64,000 bases of DNA from the human T2T-CHM13v2.0 reference genome, Homo sapiens, in assembly GCF_009914755.1 (NCBI RefSeq), contig NC_060927.1. The stretch is one strand, 5' to 3'. Positions 1 to 60,151 of the stretch are shown here, piece after piece. The first letter of the stretch is position 1, and each line of letters starts with the position of its first letter. A program made the position numbers and the translations under genes. The notes under the pieces were generated by a model. It was given only the letters and a program-made list of their open reading frames with translations, did no database searches and was not told where the DNA came from.

Positions 1-569
1 AATATAGTCTTTATACCAGTCAGGCTGGTCTGTTCACTATTCCTGAATGTTTTTCTCCATTCTTTTGTTATTGGCACCCCCGCTACCCTCTGCAGTGTCT
101 TTGCTACCTTTCTTTTTCTACTGTGTGCAAATTCTACCTGACCTTCAAGGTATCTTCTCTAAACATTCTAATCTTTGAACTTTTAGTAAATAAGGGTATA
201 TTATTTGGTACTTTATCACTTATTGATCTATGACTCTTTGTGGTTAATTTTGGACATTATTTAGCTTTTCATGTGTACATGTATTTCATCTCCCTCATTA
301 AATTGGTAATAGTTATTAAGGTAGATCAGCAGTCACAAATAAACTTTCTCCTTTGGCATCTGTTACCAGTTTTCAATGTGAACTTGGATAGTTCCTGTTT
401 TTTAAATTGTATATCAATAAACAAAGAGGTTGAAATGAATTTCTTAAACTATTCTGTGTGTTCCACTAAAAGAAAAAAGGAAAAACACTCATAGTTAAAA
501 TTTAAAGATAGGTAATAAATAAATACTTTTAAAGAGTAAAATATATCATTTGTTACATTGTGAAAAGTG

Positions 570-1190
570 CTATGGTATAAAATAGGGAAGGAGGAAGGAT
601 GTTGCAGTTTTAAATAAATGGACAGAGAAGCCTCATGGAGAAGGTGATGTTTGAGTAAAGATCTGAAGGAGTGCTGAACATGGTGGCTCACACCTGTAAT
701 CCCAACACTTCAGGAGGCCAAGGCCAGAGAATCACTTGAGTCCAGGAGTTTAAGACCGGCCTAGGCAAAATACTGAGATCCTGTCTTCACAGAAAATAAA
801 ATTAGCCAGGTGTGGTAGGACACACCTGTGGTCCCAGGTACTAGGGAGGATGAGGTGGGAGGATCTCTTGAGCCCAGGAAGTTGAGTTGGCTGTGAGCCA
901 TGATCACACCATTACACTCCTGCCAAATCGACGGAGACAGACTGTGTTAGAAAAAAAGACCTGAAGGAGGTGTAGGAGCAGATACCTTGGAGAATAACAT
1001 TCTAAGCAGAGGGAACAACCTGTACAAAGGCCCTGAGGTAGAATGTGCTTGTGTTTTTGAGAGCTGACAAAGAGTTCAGTGTGTATCTGCAGCATGATTA
1101 AGTGAAAGAGTAGCTGGATAAGTCAGAGAGGTCATTGAGGATGGGCTTGTTGTGGGGGTGGATAAGTTATTGAAAAGACTTCACATTTTT
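570..1190 (-). mobile_element. L2 fragment interrupted by an AluJ (+, about 673-958)
   Basis: L2-like gagaaggtgatgtttgag...ggccctgaggtagaatgtgctt; Alu flanked by the imperfect TSD aaaga(t/c)ctgaaggagtg. Confidence 0.7.
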
Positions 1191-1290
1191 TGTTATAGTT
1201 ATCGATATTTCCTATGAAATACCTCACATAGAGATATAATTCAGTTGTGATAAAACCATCCAGCATCCAGGAATAGGGTACTTTTAACTA

Positions 1291-1788
<498 letters not shown>

Positions 1789-1942
1789 AGGAATTTTTTT
1801 ATTCTACTTTGAAGAAGTATAATAACTCAAGAATACACCAAAGATGAGAGTGGTCTCATCTTAGTGGACTACCTATATTTTGGGTCTTTTGCTTTACGGT
1901 TTATAATTATAACTTATTTATTTATTTATTTACTATAGGTAA

Positions 1943-32635
<30,693 letters not shown>

Positions 32636-33191
32636 TTACAACTGTGATTTCCTTTTCCTCAGCAAGCTCCTATGTGTATATTTTCCTGAATTTCTCATCT
32701 CAAACCCTTTGCTTCTTTATTGTGCAGCTTTGAGACTAGTGCCTATGTGTGTTATTTGTTTCCCTGTTTTTTTGGTAGGTCTTATATAAAACAAACATTC
32801 CTTTGTTCTAGTGTTGTGAAGGGCCTCCCTCTTCCTTTATCTGAAGTGGTGAATATAGTAAATATACATTCTGGTTACACTACTGTAAACTTGTATGTAG
32901 GGTGATGACCCTCTTTGTCCTAGGTGTACCCTTTCCTCATCTCTATTAAATTGTAAACAGGACTACTGCATGTACTCTCTTTGCAGTGAATTTGGAATGG
33001 AAGGCCAGGTTTCTATAACTTTTGAACAGGTACTTTGTGAAATGACTCAATTTCTATTGTGGTAAGCTCATTGGCAGCTTAGCATTTTGCAAAGGAATTG
33101 CTTTGCAGGAAATATTTAATTTTCAAAAACATAATGATTAATGTTCCAATTATGCATCACTTCCCCCAGTATAAATCAGGAATGTTTGTGA

Positions 33192-33537
<346 letters not shown>

Positions 33538-34385
33538 AGGGACTATACTCTTTTTAAAATAGACATTTGTGGGGCTCACACAATATATGAAATAGTACCC
33601 TCTAAAAAAGAGAAAAAAAAAATCAGGCGGTCAAACTTAGAGCAACATTGTCTTATTAAAGCATAGTTTATTTCACTAGAAAAAATTTAATATCAAGGAC
33701 TATTACATACTTCATTACTAGGAAGTTCTTTTTAAAATGACACTTAAAACAATCACTGAAAACTTGATCCACATCACACCCTGTTTATTTTCCTTAAACA
33801 TCTTGGAAGCCTAAGCTTCTGAGAATCATGTGGCAAGTGTGATGGGCAGTAAAATACCAGAGAAGATGTTTAGTAGCAATTAAAGGCTGTTTGCACCTTT
33901 AAGGACCAGCTGGGCTGTAGTGATTCCTGGGGCCAGAGTGGCATTATGTTTTTACAAAATAATGACATATGTCACATGTTTGCATGTTTGTTTGCTTGTT
34001 GAATTTTTGAACAGCCAGTTGACCAATCATAGAAAGTATTACTTTCTTTCATATGGTTTTTGGTTCACTGGCTTAAGAGGTTTCTCAGAATATCTATGGC
34101 CACAGCAGCATACCAGTTTCCATCCTAATAGGAATGAAATTAATTTTGTATCTACTGATAACAGAATCTGGGTCACATGAAAAAAAATCATTTTATCCGT
34201 CTTTTAAGTATATGTTTAAAATAATAATTTATGTGTCTGCATATTGCAGAACAGCTCTGAGAGCAACAGTTTCCCATTAACTCTTTCTGACCAATAGTGC
34301 TGGCACCGTTGCTTCCTCTTTGGGAAGAGGAAAGGGTGTGTGAACATGGCTAACAATCTTCAAATACCCAAATTGTGATAGCATA

Positions 34386-34391
34386 AATAAA
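34386..34391 (+). terminator. Candidate proximal polyadenylation signal
   Basis: AATAAA in AT-rich context with T-rich sequence downstream. Confidence 0.55.
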
Positions 34392-35229
34392 GTATTTATT
34401 TTATGCCTCAGTATATTATTATTTAATTTTTTAGGTAATGCCTATCTCTTGGTCTATTAAGGAAAGAAGCAATCAGTAGAGAATTCAGGATAGTTTTGTT
34501 TAAATTCTTGCAGATTACATGTTTTTACAGTGGCCTGCTATTGAGGAAAGGTATTCTTCTATACAACTTGTTTTAACCTTTGAGAACATTGACAGAAATT
34601 ATGCAATGGTTTGTTGAGATACGGACTTGATGGTGCTGTTTAATCAGTTTGCTTCCAAAGTGGCCTACTCAAGAGGCCCTAAGACTGGTAGAAATTAAAA
34701 GGATTTCAAAAACTTTCTATTCCTTTCTTAAACCTACCAGCAAACTAGGATTGTGATAGCAATGAATGGTATGATGAAGAAAGTTTGACCAAATTTGTTT
34801 TTTTGTTGTTGTTGTTGTTTTGAATTTGAAATCATTCTTATTCCCTTTAAGAATGTTTATGTATGAGTGTGAAGATGCTAGCGAACCTATGCTCAGATAT
34901 TCATCGTAAGTCTCCCTTCACCTGTTACAGAGTTTCAGATCGGTCACTGATAGTATGTATTTCTTTAGTAAGAATGTGTTAAAATTACAATGATCTTTTA
35001 AAAAGATGATGCAGTTCTGTATTTATTGTGCTGTGTCTGGTCCTAAGTGGAGCCAATTAAACAAGTTTCATATGTATTTTTCCAGTGTTGAATCTCACAC
35101 ACTGTACTTTGAAAATTTCCTTCCATCCTGAATAACGAATAGAAGAGGCCATATATATTGCCTCCTTATCCTTGAGATTTCACTACCTTTATGTTAAAAG
35201 TTGTGTATAATTGTTAAAATCTGTGAAAG

Positions 35230-35235
35230 AATAAA
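35230..35235 (+). terminator. Distal polyadenylation signal
   Basis: AATAAA followed by a T-rich tract at about 35255-35277. Confidence 0.8.
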
Positions 35236-35959
35236 AAGTGGATTTAAATTAACATTTTTTTCTTTTTCTCTTTTTTATGGCACAATCTGCTAGAAAATAT
35301 GTACCTTGTATCTTGACTTAATGTTTTGGTATGACCTTTTAAAATTTTTTCCTTCCTTTTTTATAGATTGTTACTTAAGATTATGAAATTGAATTGGAGC
35401 CCTCATTATAGCCTGCAAAAAGTCCCATAACTGTATCACACTATGTTTTGGAAATATAATCTACAGAATCCCATCCCATTCTGAATTTTACTTTGAGAAA
35501 GTGAATGGTTTCTATAAATTCACTTCTAAGTGCAAGGAAATCAGTGGTACTCTTCAGTTTTTAACAAGTAAACTAAAGCCTTGTAATTTATGATTTTGCA
35601 AGCCAATTTAAAGTCCAATATAACAATGTGCAACATCCTTTGTAGCAATTCATTATGGTACGTAGGATATATTTTATTTCCTTAAATGTTGTATTTTTAA
35701 CAATTTCCAAAGGAGTGAAGAAGCAGTGTCAAAGAACTGTATATTACCATTGAGTCTGAAGTTTATGTAGAGAAATAGTTTAAAAATCATGAGAAGACTT
35801 CTTCATTATAGAGCCAGTAATTTTTTGTCCATTAGGTAATATCCCAATATCTTCAGCATATTAGCTTCACTGTATTGCTACAATATAGGAACACGAAGAA
35901 GGGAATCAACTTTCTCAAATGGGGTGATAAAACGCTACTGAAGTTGTTCTAAGAGCTTA

Positions 35960-36435
35960 ATTTGAATTCTCGCAGAAGTTGACTCTGAGACAAGCAGTTG
36001 AGTTTAGGTAGTTTATTTGGGAGATGGTATCAGGAAACACCATTAGCAAAGTAGAGAATTGAGACAGACTGGAAAGAAGCCAATTAAAGCTCTCATTATC
36101 AACCAAGTTAATACTCTGGACTATGGAGCACAATCCTGCTGGGGAGTTTGGGGAACAAGTGAAGAATGCACATCTCAGTTATCCCACCGGGGTGCGAAGA
36201 AACTAGGGTAACTTGTTTGACAACCAGCTCCTGTCGATTTTCCATTTGAAAGCTGTCCCCATGAAGATGGGGAGAGTCAATACACAGCACATGCATACAG
36301 GTAGATCAGGTCCTGGTGGCCACAGAAAATCCTCTACAAAAAAACTGAAGTACTGGCAGTTGGGAGGTCAGGTTGGTGGGCACTGAAATGGTGGTCATGG
36401 TTGAGGAGATAGAGGTAGGACACTACTAGCAACCA
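35960..36435 (-). mobile_element. ERVL-type LTR (LTR33/LTR16-like)
   Basis: gcagaagttgactctgagacaag...tagtttatttgggagatg is typical of the reverse 3' end of this family. Confidence 0.55.
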
Positions 36436-36491
36436 CTGAGGCTTCTTACAAATCCAGGAAAAAAGTCAATTAGTAACGGAAAAGTTACTCT

Positions 36492-38020
<1,529 letters not shown>

Positions 38021-38169
38021 AGTTTGTTTTTCTTAAGAAGGAAAATGTGATTGGGAAATTGTTCAAGTTTGAGCCACAGTTGAAGAAGATGAATCTGGAA
38101 ATAGATAACCATTTTTACCAAAATTGTATAGAAGTCTTTAAAGAGGGGAGGAACAAGAATATAAACATA

Positions 38170-39345
<1,176 letters not shown>

Positions 39346-39780
39346 AAAACAAGTAACGATTATACTCAAAAGGTTTCTATTTAAAGTAGTTTTGCATTAA
39401 GAAATATATAGTGGTGGTTTAAAAAATACTTTTAGGTTTTACCTAATAAGAAAATGATGTTTTTTTGTTTGTTTGTTTGATTTTTAAACTTACGCTTTCC
39501 TAGCAGCAGTAATAGATTTAAATGTTTCAGTTCAGGCACTTTCAATTCTCTTTGCAATCAATAGCTTGCTTTGTTGGATAGCTGACCTGGATTTGGGGAA
39601 TAGTCTGTCCTTGGAACACAGTCATAGAATGCATAAACTGTTGTCTCTTCACAGTGCTGTAGCCAGTTGCATACAAATACGTACTCAGGTGTCCGTGAAT
39701 ACATATCACAGCCCCTAAAGCAGCAATGGATGGCTGTTAGAAACAGGTTTAATGTTTTAAATAATTATACATCTTAATTA

Positions 39781-39957
39781 GATGTTTCCCAAACTTGTCT
39801 GAATGTAAGAAACATGGAATTGTGTTAATACGGATTCCCAGGCCCTGCCCCAGACCAACCTGAATTGGAATCTCTGGTCTAGGGAAAGGGTAGGGGAATA
39901 GATTTAACAAGCATTCCAAGTGATTCTTACCATGGGGCAAGTTTTGGGAAACAACTA
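39781..39957. mobile_element. MER5A-like hAT MITE
   Basis: Inverted ends gtttcccaaactt and aagttttgggaaac; internal gattcccaggccctgccccagacc. Confidence 0.7.
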
Positions 39958-39993
39958 TCTTTATTCCATGCTTAGCTATGAAAAATAACATGA

Positions 39994-47953
<7,960 letters not shown>

Positions 47954-48801
47954 TCACCAATTGCAACTCTCTTCCTTCCCCAAAGATAAACATTACTCTG
48001 ATTTTTGTGTTAATCAGTGCCTTGTTTTAATTTATAGATATGTCACCTATGTTCCTGTGTAAGCAAAGGGTGACTGGTGTCACTATCAGATTTTTAAAGC
48101 CTTTCAGGAGAAAAGAAACTGATCATAATCTGGCGTTAGGTTCCCGGAGAGTTAATAAACAGTCTTTTTTTAGGGAAGTCAGTGAGCAGGAGCCTTCAGG
48201 AATCCTGGAAAGCCTAGGACTCAAGCAGACTTTGAGCACCTGGACCAGATTCTGGATGTTTGGCAAAAATATGGTCAGAGAAAATGGACTGTTCTGTGTT
48301 TTCTGCTTCTAAACCCATCATAGCTACCTCTCGTTCTCAGGAGTAAGTCAAACCAGAAATCTGTGGGGTGAAGCAGCAGAGCATGGAGGGAGAATAGGAA
48401 CTTCACAAGCAAAGTACACAAAAGATTCTGAACATGACTCATAGGGAAATTCTGTCTTCAGCTAAAAAGAAGATAAATGGCAATAGGGATCTTGGTGATG
48501 ACAGCACTCAATCAGCTTGTCTCTTGAGTTGCATGGCTCCAATCTGGACTACTTGCCTTCTATGTCTAGTCTGCAGCTGTCATTCTGGGATCTACCACTT
48601 GGGGAATGCCATCTCTATCCTAGTGCTTGTTTTTCATCGCCCACATTTTATCTTTACTGGTTTCTTAATGAGCTGTTTCTCCAGTAGCTTGTTTCTTAAG
48701 TAAGGTGGGTGGCATATTTTTTGAGACATATACATCTGAAAATTAAAATTGCCTAGCAGCATGGAGACAAGGAGATGACCTAGGGATATAACTGCTTTTC
48801 A

Positions 48802-49169
<368 letters not shown>

Positions 49170-49530
49170 TCATCAGTGTCACAGGTATTTTGGTGTTGTC
49201 TTCCCATGTTTTTTGGGCATTCTGAGGTGTAAATCAGCTTGGTCCTTGGTTGTCCTAGAGGTCATTTTGGAAAGTCAGTGGGCAGGAGCCCTACAGGCAG
49301 TCCTGGAAAGCCTAGGACTCACCAGACTTTGAGCACCTGGACCAGACACTAGATGTCTGGCAAAAATATGGTCAGAGAGAGTGAGTTTTATAATTCAGTT
49401 GCAATTCATTCCCCTGCCTTTCAGCTTACAAGTTTCTTGCTCTTGCTTCCTCTCCTGTTCTGTCTGTCCACAACTCCTTTTATTGCAATTTGGGTGGGTT
49501 TCAGGAAGGAACAAAGTTAGATACATATGT

Positions 49531-49531
<1 letters not shown>

Positions 49532-49574
<43 letters not shown>

Positions 49575-49581
49575 ACACACA
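49532..49581. repeat. (CA)n microsatellite
   Basis: About 24 CA units with one interruption. Confidence 0.95.
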
Positions 49582-49998
49582 TTTTAAAAATTTTCCTAGG
49601 GATGGATTGCTGTGATGCCCAGGCTGGTCTTGAACTCCTGGCCTCAAGCAATCCTTCCATCTGAGCCTCCCAAAAGCTAGGATTACAGGCATGACCCACT
49701 TCATTAGGTCTATAAAGATATGTTAACTCACTATTTATGGGTTAGCAAAACTAGAAAAAAGTGATAAAAATTAACAATGACATTTCCCAAGGATCTATAC
49801 TAAAACTAGTCATACTGAACATTTAAAAAATTTGAAAGAGTGAAGTTTGTAAACTCCTTCAAGCTCTTTCTAATATTGAAATGTGAGTTAAAGAGCTGTA
49901 CTTCAGGAACACTCTACTTAGTGAAGGGGCAAAAAGTGGCATACCATCGGTAGCCCACCTCTGGGCCTCCTTGGGATAAAATAAAGAGGTGACCCTAG

Positions 49999-50446
<448 letters not shown>

Positions 50447-50506
50447 TAAGTTCTTTGAGTTTTCTCTGAAAATTCTCTAAAAATCTTTCTTCATCTTGTT
50501 CTAACT

Positions 50507-51025
<519 letters not shown>

Positions 51026-51189
51026 CACTGATACTTGGTTTTCCCCTGAAACTTGAGAGGAAACGGCTTTCCCTGAAGCCCTCTCAAGTGGTGTCTGTTT
51101 CCTCTCCCACACCATCATATCACTTGTAACTTCCCATTGATCTGGCCTTCTTTGATCCTGGCCTCCATTGGCCTCCAATCAATAAGGCC

Positions 51190-51690
51190 TCCATTGATCC
51201 TGGCCTCTATCATTCATGCCCTGTGGAGTCACCTCCCTCAGTGAATCAGAGCTGACTGACCCCAATAGAATGCGGTGTAAATGATAGTCTATAACTTCCA
51301 AGGTTAGGTCATAAACGGCACTGTAGTCCTCACCTTGGTATCCTGGATTACCTGCTCTGAGGAAAGGCACTGCCATGCAATGAGGACTGAAGCAGCTCTG
51401 TGAAGATGTCCATATGGAGAGGAATTGAGGTCCCAAACCAATAGCCAGTACCAGGTGCCCGGCCATGTAAGTGAGACACCATAGAAGTGGATCCTCCAGC
51501 CACTATCAGGTCTTCTGATGACTGGATATCCACTTGATTAAGGGCAACCTCTGAAAGCCCATGAGCTAGAACTGAGGAGCTGAGCTGCTCCAGGTTCCTG
51601 ACCCACAGAAACCATGAAATAATGAATGATTATTGTTTTCAGCCACTAAGGTTTTGGGTGATTTGTCATGCAACTATAGTAGCTGGAGCA
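51190..51690 (+). mobile_element. MLT1 (MaLR) solo LTR in sense orientation
   Basis: acttccaaggttaggtcataaa; ends tgttttcagccactaaggttttggg...tttgtcatgcaac. Confidence 0.75.
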
Positions 51691-51699
51691 CCAATGGGC

Positions 51700-52745
51700 C
51701 CAAGAAAAAGTGATTGTCTTCTTTTTTCCTATTACTTCCAGACTCTTTTCCTTCACTCTTCCCTAACACTCTATCTTTGAATTTCATGTCAGAACACTAT
51801 GCCACCAGTTGCCTTTTCTTATTGGAGTCATCTATAAACTCACAATCCATGTTCCCTTTTTCATTGAAGATTTTTGCTCCTTGCTCATGTCGCTTTCTTC
51901 TACCCTACTCTTTCTGCACTTGGTGATTTCAATAGCCACTAAGGTTATACTTTCAATTCCTGGTTTCTTAGTGCCTTGTCCTCTGCCCCAACAATCTGAA
52001 CCACCACTCCTGTCAGCCACCCACTCTCATGCTCATATCATAGAACTTATCATTATAACTGCAATTTGTCCACAATCTCAGTTTCAAGTACCATTTGTAT
52101 CTTTCCAACTCATCACTTCTATCACCAGCAGTCCTTTAATCTCAACTAGATTTACAAACATTTAATCCTCACACTTTCATTGGCCTTGACACTCTTATGA
52201 CCTTATTTTGCTTCTTAACCCTGCTTGGACTCCAGGGGCAATCATTATTGCCAAATCCTTGCATACATACTTATCTCCCTTGCTTCTCTTGTGACTTAGC
52301 GTACTTGCCTGGTAAAAATCAACCTTAGGCTGGGTGCAGTGGCTCACATCTGTAATCCCAGCACGAGGGAAGGCCAGAACAGGAGGATCATTTGAGGCCA
52401 GGAGTTAAGACCAGTCTGGGCAACATAGGGAGGCCCAGTCTGTACAAAACAAACAAACAAACAAACAAACAAAACTCCCCAAAACCTAGCTGGATGGGGT
52501 GGTGTGGGCCTGTGGCCCCAGGTACTTGGAAGGCTGAGGTGGATCACTTGAGTCCAGAAGGTTAAGACTGCAGTGAACAGTGATCATGCCACTACACTTT
52601 AGCTTGGGTAATAGAGAGAGACCCTGTCTCAAGAAACCCTCCAAAACCTCCAACTAAATCCAACTGTGTCCATTCTGTGTTTGCATTTGTGCAACTACAA
52701 AAAAAAAATGACACAACTGTGGAGGGTGGTTTCACTTTATTTATT
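51700..52745 (+). mobile_element. L2 fragment with an inserted Alu (52328-52630)
   Basis: Pyrimidine-rich L2-like motifs (tcagccacccactctcatgctcatatcatagaactt). Confidence 0.6.
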
Positions 52746-52919
52746 GAGTTATAATAGTTTTTAATTACTTGAAATAAGAAAGTTGCAAGAATAGTGCAAA
52801 GGCTTCCCATAAAACTTTTACTCAGATTTTCATGTTTGCTTTATTTATTATTCTCTCTTGGCACACAATTTTTTTTTCTGAAACATTTGGGTGAGCTAGA
52901 TCAAATATATCAGTGTACA

Positions 52920-53940
52920 AAGTCATACGTCACTTAACAACTGGGATATGTTCTGAGAAATGCGTCATTAGGCAATTTTGCTGTTGTGCCAACATCCTAG
53001 AATGTACTTAAAGAAATCTAAATGGTAGAGCCTACTGAGGTGATGTTGTTGTCTGGGGTAATACCTGAGGTTCGTTGTCCCACGGTCATGGAAAACAAGG
53101 ACGCAGACAAACCAGGGTGAGGTTCAGAGCAGAAGTTTAATAGGCGAAATAAAGAGAAAAGCTCTCTCTGCTGCAGAGAGAGGGGCCCCAGAGAATATGG
53201 GTTGCTGCTTCCATGGTGAAATGCAGAAGGTTGAATAGATGATCTTGGGGAGGTGGTATCTGATTTATATAGGGCACAAAAGATTGGTCGGACCAGGTGT
53301 GTCATTTGCATAGCACACGAAGAACTGGTTAGGACTAGGTGTGCGGTTTGCACAGCATGCAAAGAAGCTGGCCACTCCACCCTAATCTTTTATTATGGAG
53401 ATGGGTTCTCTACATGGCCAGGCACCATGTTGCCTGCCTCTTTACTGTACACGTGGTGACAAAGAAAAGAGAAGAGGACCCTCCCTGTTGAACATGCCTG
53501 GCATCCAGGTAGCCCTTTTCTATTGGCACTGAGGCTGGCATTCACCTGTGCAAGCTTTTTAGCTTGCTTATCTATGTTTGCGGCTTGATTTTTCAGGCTG
53601 CTCTTTGTTAGAAAAGAAATGTTTTGGTGGCTGCTTTTTGTTAAAAGGGGAGTTCCACCGAGGACTCTTACCCTTACTATCTGCCTAAATTCTATCTCCT
53701 GTATTACTACTACACACTTAGGCTATATGGAATAGCCTATTGCTCCTGAGCTATAAACCTGGACAGCATGTTACCATGCTGAATACTGAAGACAGCTGTA
53801 ACACAATGAGAAGTATTTGTGTATCCAAACATAGAAAAAGTACAGTAAAAATATTGTACTATAATCTTATGGGACCACTGTTTTCTTGTGGTTCACTGTT
53901 GAATGCAGTGACTGACACATTGTTATGCAATGCATGACTG
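52920..53940 (+). mobile_element. Tigger3/MER7-type MITE interrupted by an ERV1 LTR
   Basis: agtcatacgtcacttaacaactgggatatgttctgagaaatgcgtc ... tgttatgcaatgcatgactg. Confidence 0.85.
53036..53706 (-). mobile_element. MER50-like ERV1 solo LTR
   Basis: Reverse strand begins taatacaggagatagaa...taggcagatagt; 4-bp TSD ctac at 53032-53035 and 53707-53710. Confidence 0.8.
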
Positions 53941-53987
53941 CACTTCCTAAAACAAGCACATCCCCATACCTAACCATAGTACAATTA

Positions 53988-54334
<347 letters not shown>

Positions 54335-54679
54335 TCAAAGTTTTCCAGTTGTCCCAGTAATGTTCTTTATAACAACAACAACAACAAAATGTTTCTGGTT
54401 CAGGATCCAAGACAAAATCACACATTGTATTTAGTTGCTATATATCTTTAGTGTTCTTTAGTATGAAAGAACACTTCAGTCTTTCTTTGCCTTTTATGAG
54501 TTTGATGTTTTTGAAGAGTTCAAGTAATGTCCCTCAATTTCAGTTTGTCTGTTTCCTCACAATTAGATTCAGAGTATGCATTTTTGGCACTGTATATTGT
54601 TTTGCACCTTACTTTTTTTTATGTGACAAAATTTTTTGTAGATCTTTATATATCAGTGCATAAAGAGTTTCCTCATTCT

Positions 54680-57085
<2,406 letters not shown>

Positions 57086-57144
57086 TTGCTCCTCCTCATT
57101 CTTTTAAAAATTATTATGAAACTGCACAGAATTCCAAATTCTAA

Positions 57145-57543
<399 letters not shown>

Positions 57544-57902
57544 TAGTAGAGACAGGGTTTCACCATGATGGTCAGGCTGGTCTCGAACTCCTGACCTCAA
57601 AGGATCCACCTGCCTTGGTCTCCTGAAGTGCTGGGATTACAGGCATGAGCCACCGCACCCAGCCTCTACACTTCCATTATAAGAGTCCTGTATCCCCACG
57701 GTCTTGTCAGCAGAATGCGTTTTCAAATTTCTGTACTTTTTGTCAAACTAGTAAGTGAAAAATAGTATTTCAGTGTGGTTTTAATTTCTATGCTATTCTG
57801 AGTGAAACTGAGGATCTTTTATATTTTTAAGAGACATTTGCCCAGGCACGGTGGCTTACACCTGTAATCCCAGCACTTTGGAAGCCCAAGGAGGGTGGAT
57901 CA

Positions 57903-58377
<475 letters not shown>

Positions 58378-58544
58378 AATGAGGCATTTGTGTTGCCCAG
58401 CAATGCTACTGTTTTACTGTTTTCCTAAAACATTAGTCAGTTCATTCACCTGTGCTCCTAAGTATTTCATAATTTCTCCTTTCTCTTCAAACTTCTAACA
58501 ACTTTTCTTCCATATTCACTTTCACCTTATGTTCTATTTCACTG

Positions 58545-59060
58545 CAAAATATATCAATGCTCTTCAGCCAAAGTCCAGGAGAACCATAGCTGTAGTTAGA
58601 CAACATTGTGTTTATTGACTCATTGCAATGAGGGTGAAAAAATACCATGGAGAACCATGAGGACATCTCAGTGAAAGGGTGTTAGAAAGGTCTTACTACA
58701 GGATTTGGGTTTGTGTTCAGTGATTTTGCGAGGAGGATTCAAGAAGTGGAGCTTTGTCCCAGATTACATATTGTCAATAAGATGTGGTTATTCTGATTGG
58801 GTATCTTAATACATCTTATCTAGAAGGTAGGTGGAATAAAGTGAAGCTAAAGCTGTTATTGGGAAAAAGGCAGCAGTCAGTCATATTAGTCAGCATAGGG
58901 ACATAGTCATTTCTGTGTTTCGAACGATGTTCACATTTTTGTCTGTGTTTAGACATGATTACCCAGTGGCCTTCTTTTTGTCTTACTCTATCATGATCAT
59001 ACAGTGGCCTTGCTTAATATTAGTGTTCTGTGACGTTTTTTATGTTTAACAGAACACAGT
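58545..59060 (-). mobile_element. Probable ERV LTR remnant, family not assigned
   Basis: LTR-like reverse features (tgtgtttattgactcattgcaa as an inverted poly(A) signal region; ctgattgg as an inverted CCAAT). Confidence 0.45.
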
Positions 59061-59342
59061 TTATGCAAAGTTTTGCAGAATGAGGATGGAAACCTGTCTT
59101 TTACTGATTATCTTATTAAGTAATTTGTCCTTTAGTATGTCATATATATTTAAGAAATATGCTCATGGCCAGGTGCGGTGGCTCACGCCTGTAATCTCAG
59201 CACTTTGGGAGGTTGTGGCGGGTGGATCACTTGAGGCCAGGAATTTGAGACCAGCCTGGCCAACATGGTGAAAGCCCATCTCTACTAAAAATACAAAAAT
59301 TAGCCGGGCATGGTGGTGGGCGCCTGTAGTCCCAGCTACTCA

Positions 59343-59516
<174 letters not shown>

Positions 59517-59848
59517 TCAACTCCTTTCCATCTCTTCAACTTTACATTATGATTTTTAAATATATGTAAACAGTAAAAGAATAACTGAATAGTAGTATAC
59601 CCTCCACTTAGGTCCAATAATTAACGTTTTGCTATTTTGTTTTCTCTGTGTATTCATCTTCGTGGAAGCATTTGGAAGCAAGTTGCAGACATGGTGCTAC
59701 TTCACTCCTAAATACTTTTTTTTTTTTTACATCCCCATGGATAACAGGGAACTCCTAAATATTTTAGTGTGAGTTTTCTAATATTAAAGACACCCTGCAA
59801 CATAGCCACAAGTTATTATTATTATTATTATTTATTATTATTATTTGA

Positions 59849-60151
<303 letters not shown>

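Noticed and set aside
33963-33974. 12-bp palindrome TGACATATGTCA in the 3'UTR
   Set aside because: Palindromes of this length are expected by chance in 64 kb of AT-rich DNA.
48434-48703. 89-aa non-Alu ORF as a possible processed pseudogene or small protein
   Set aside because: No recognisable protein similarity, poly(A) tail or TSD, and its end runs into old L1-like sequence.
59738-59750. GGATAACAGGG resembling part of the I-SceI site or an rRNA/NUMT fragment
   Set aside because: Only 11 of 18 bp match and the flanks do not continue as rRNA; likely coincidence.
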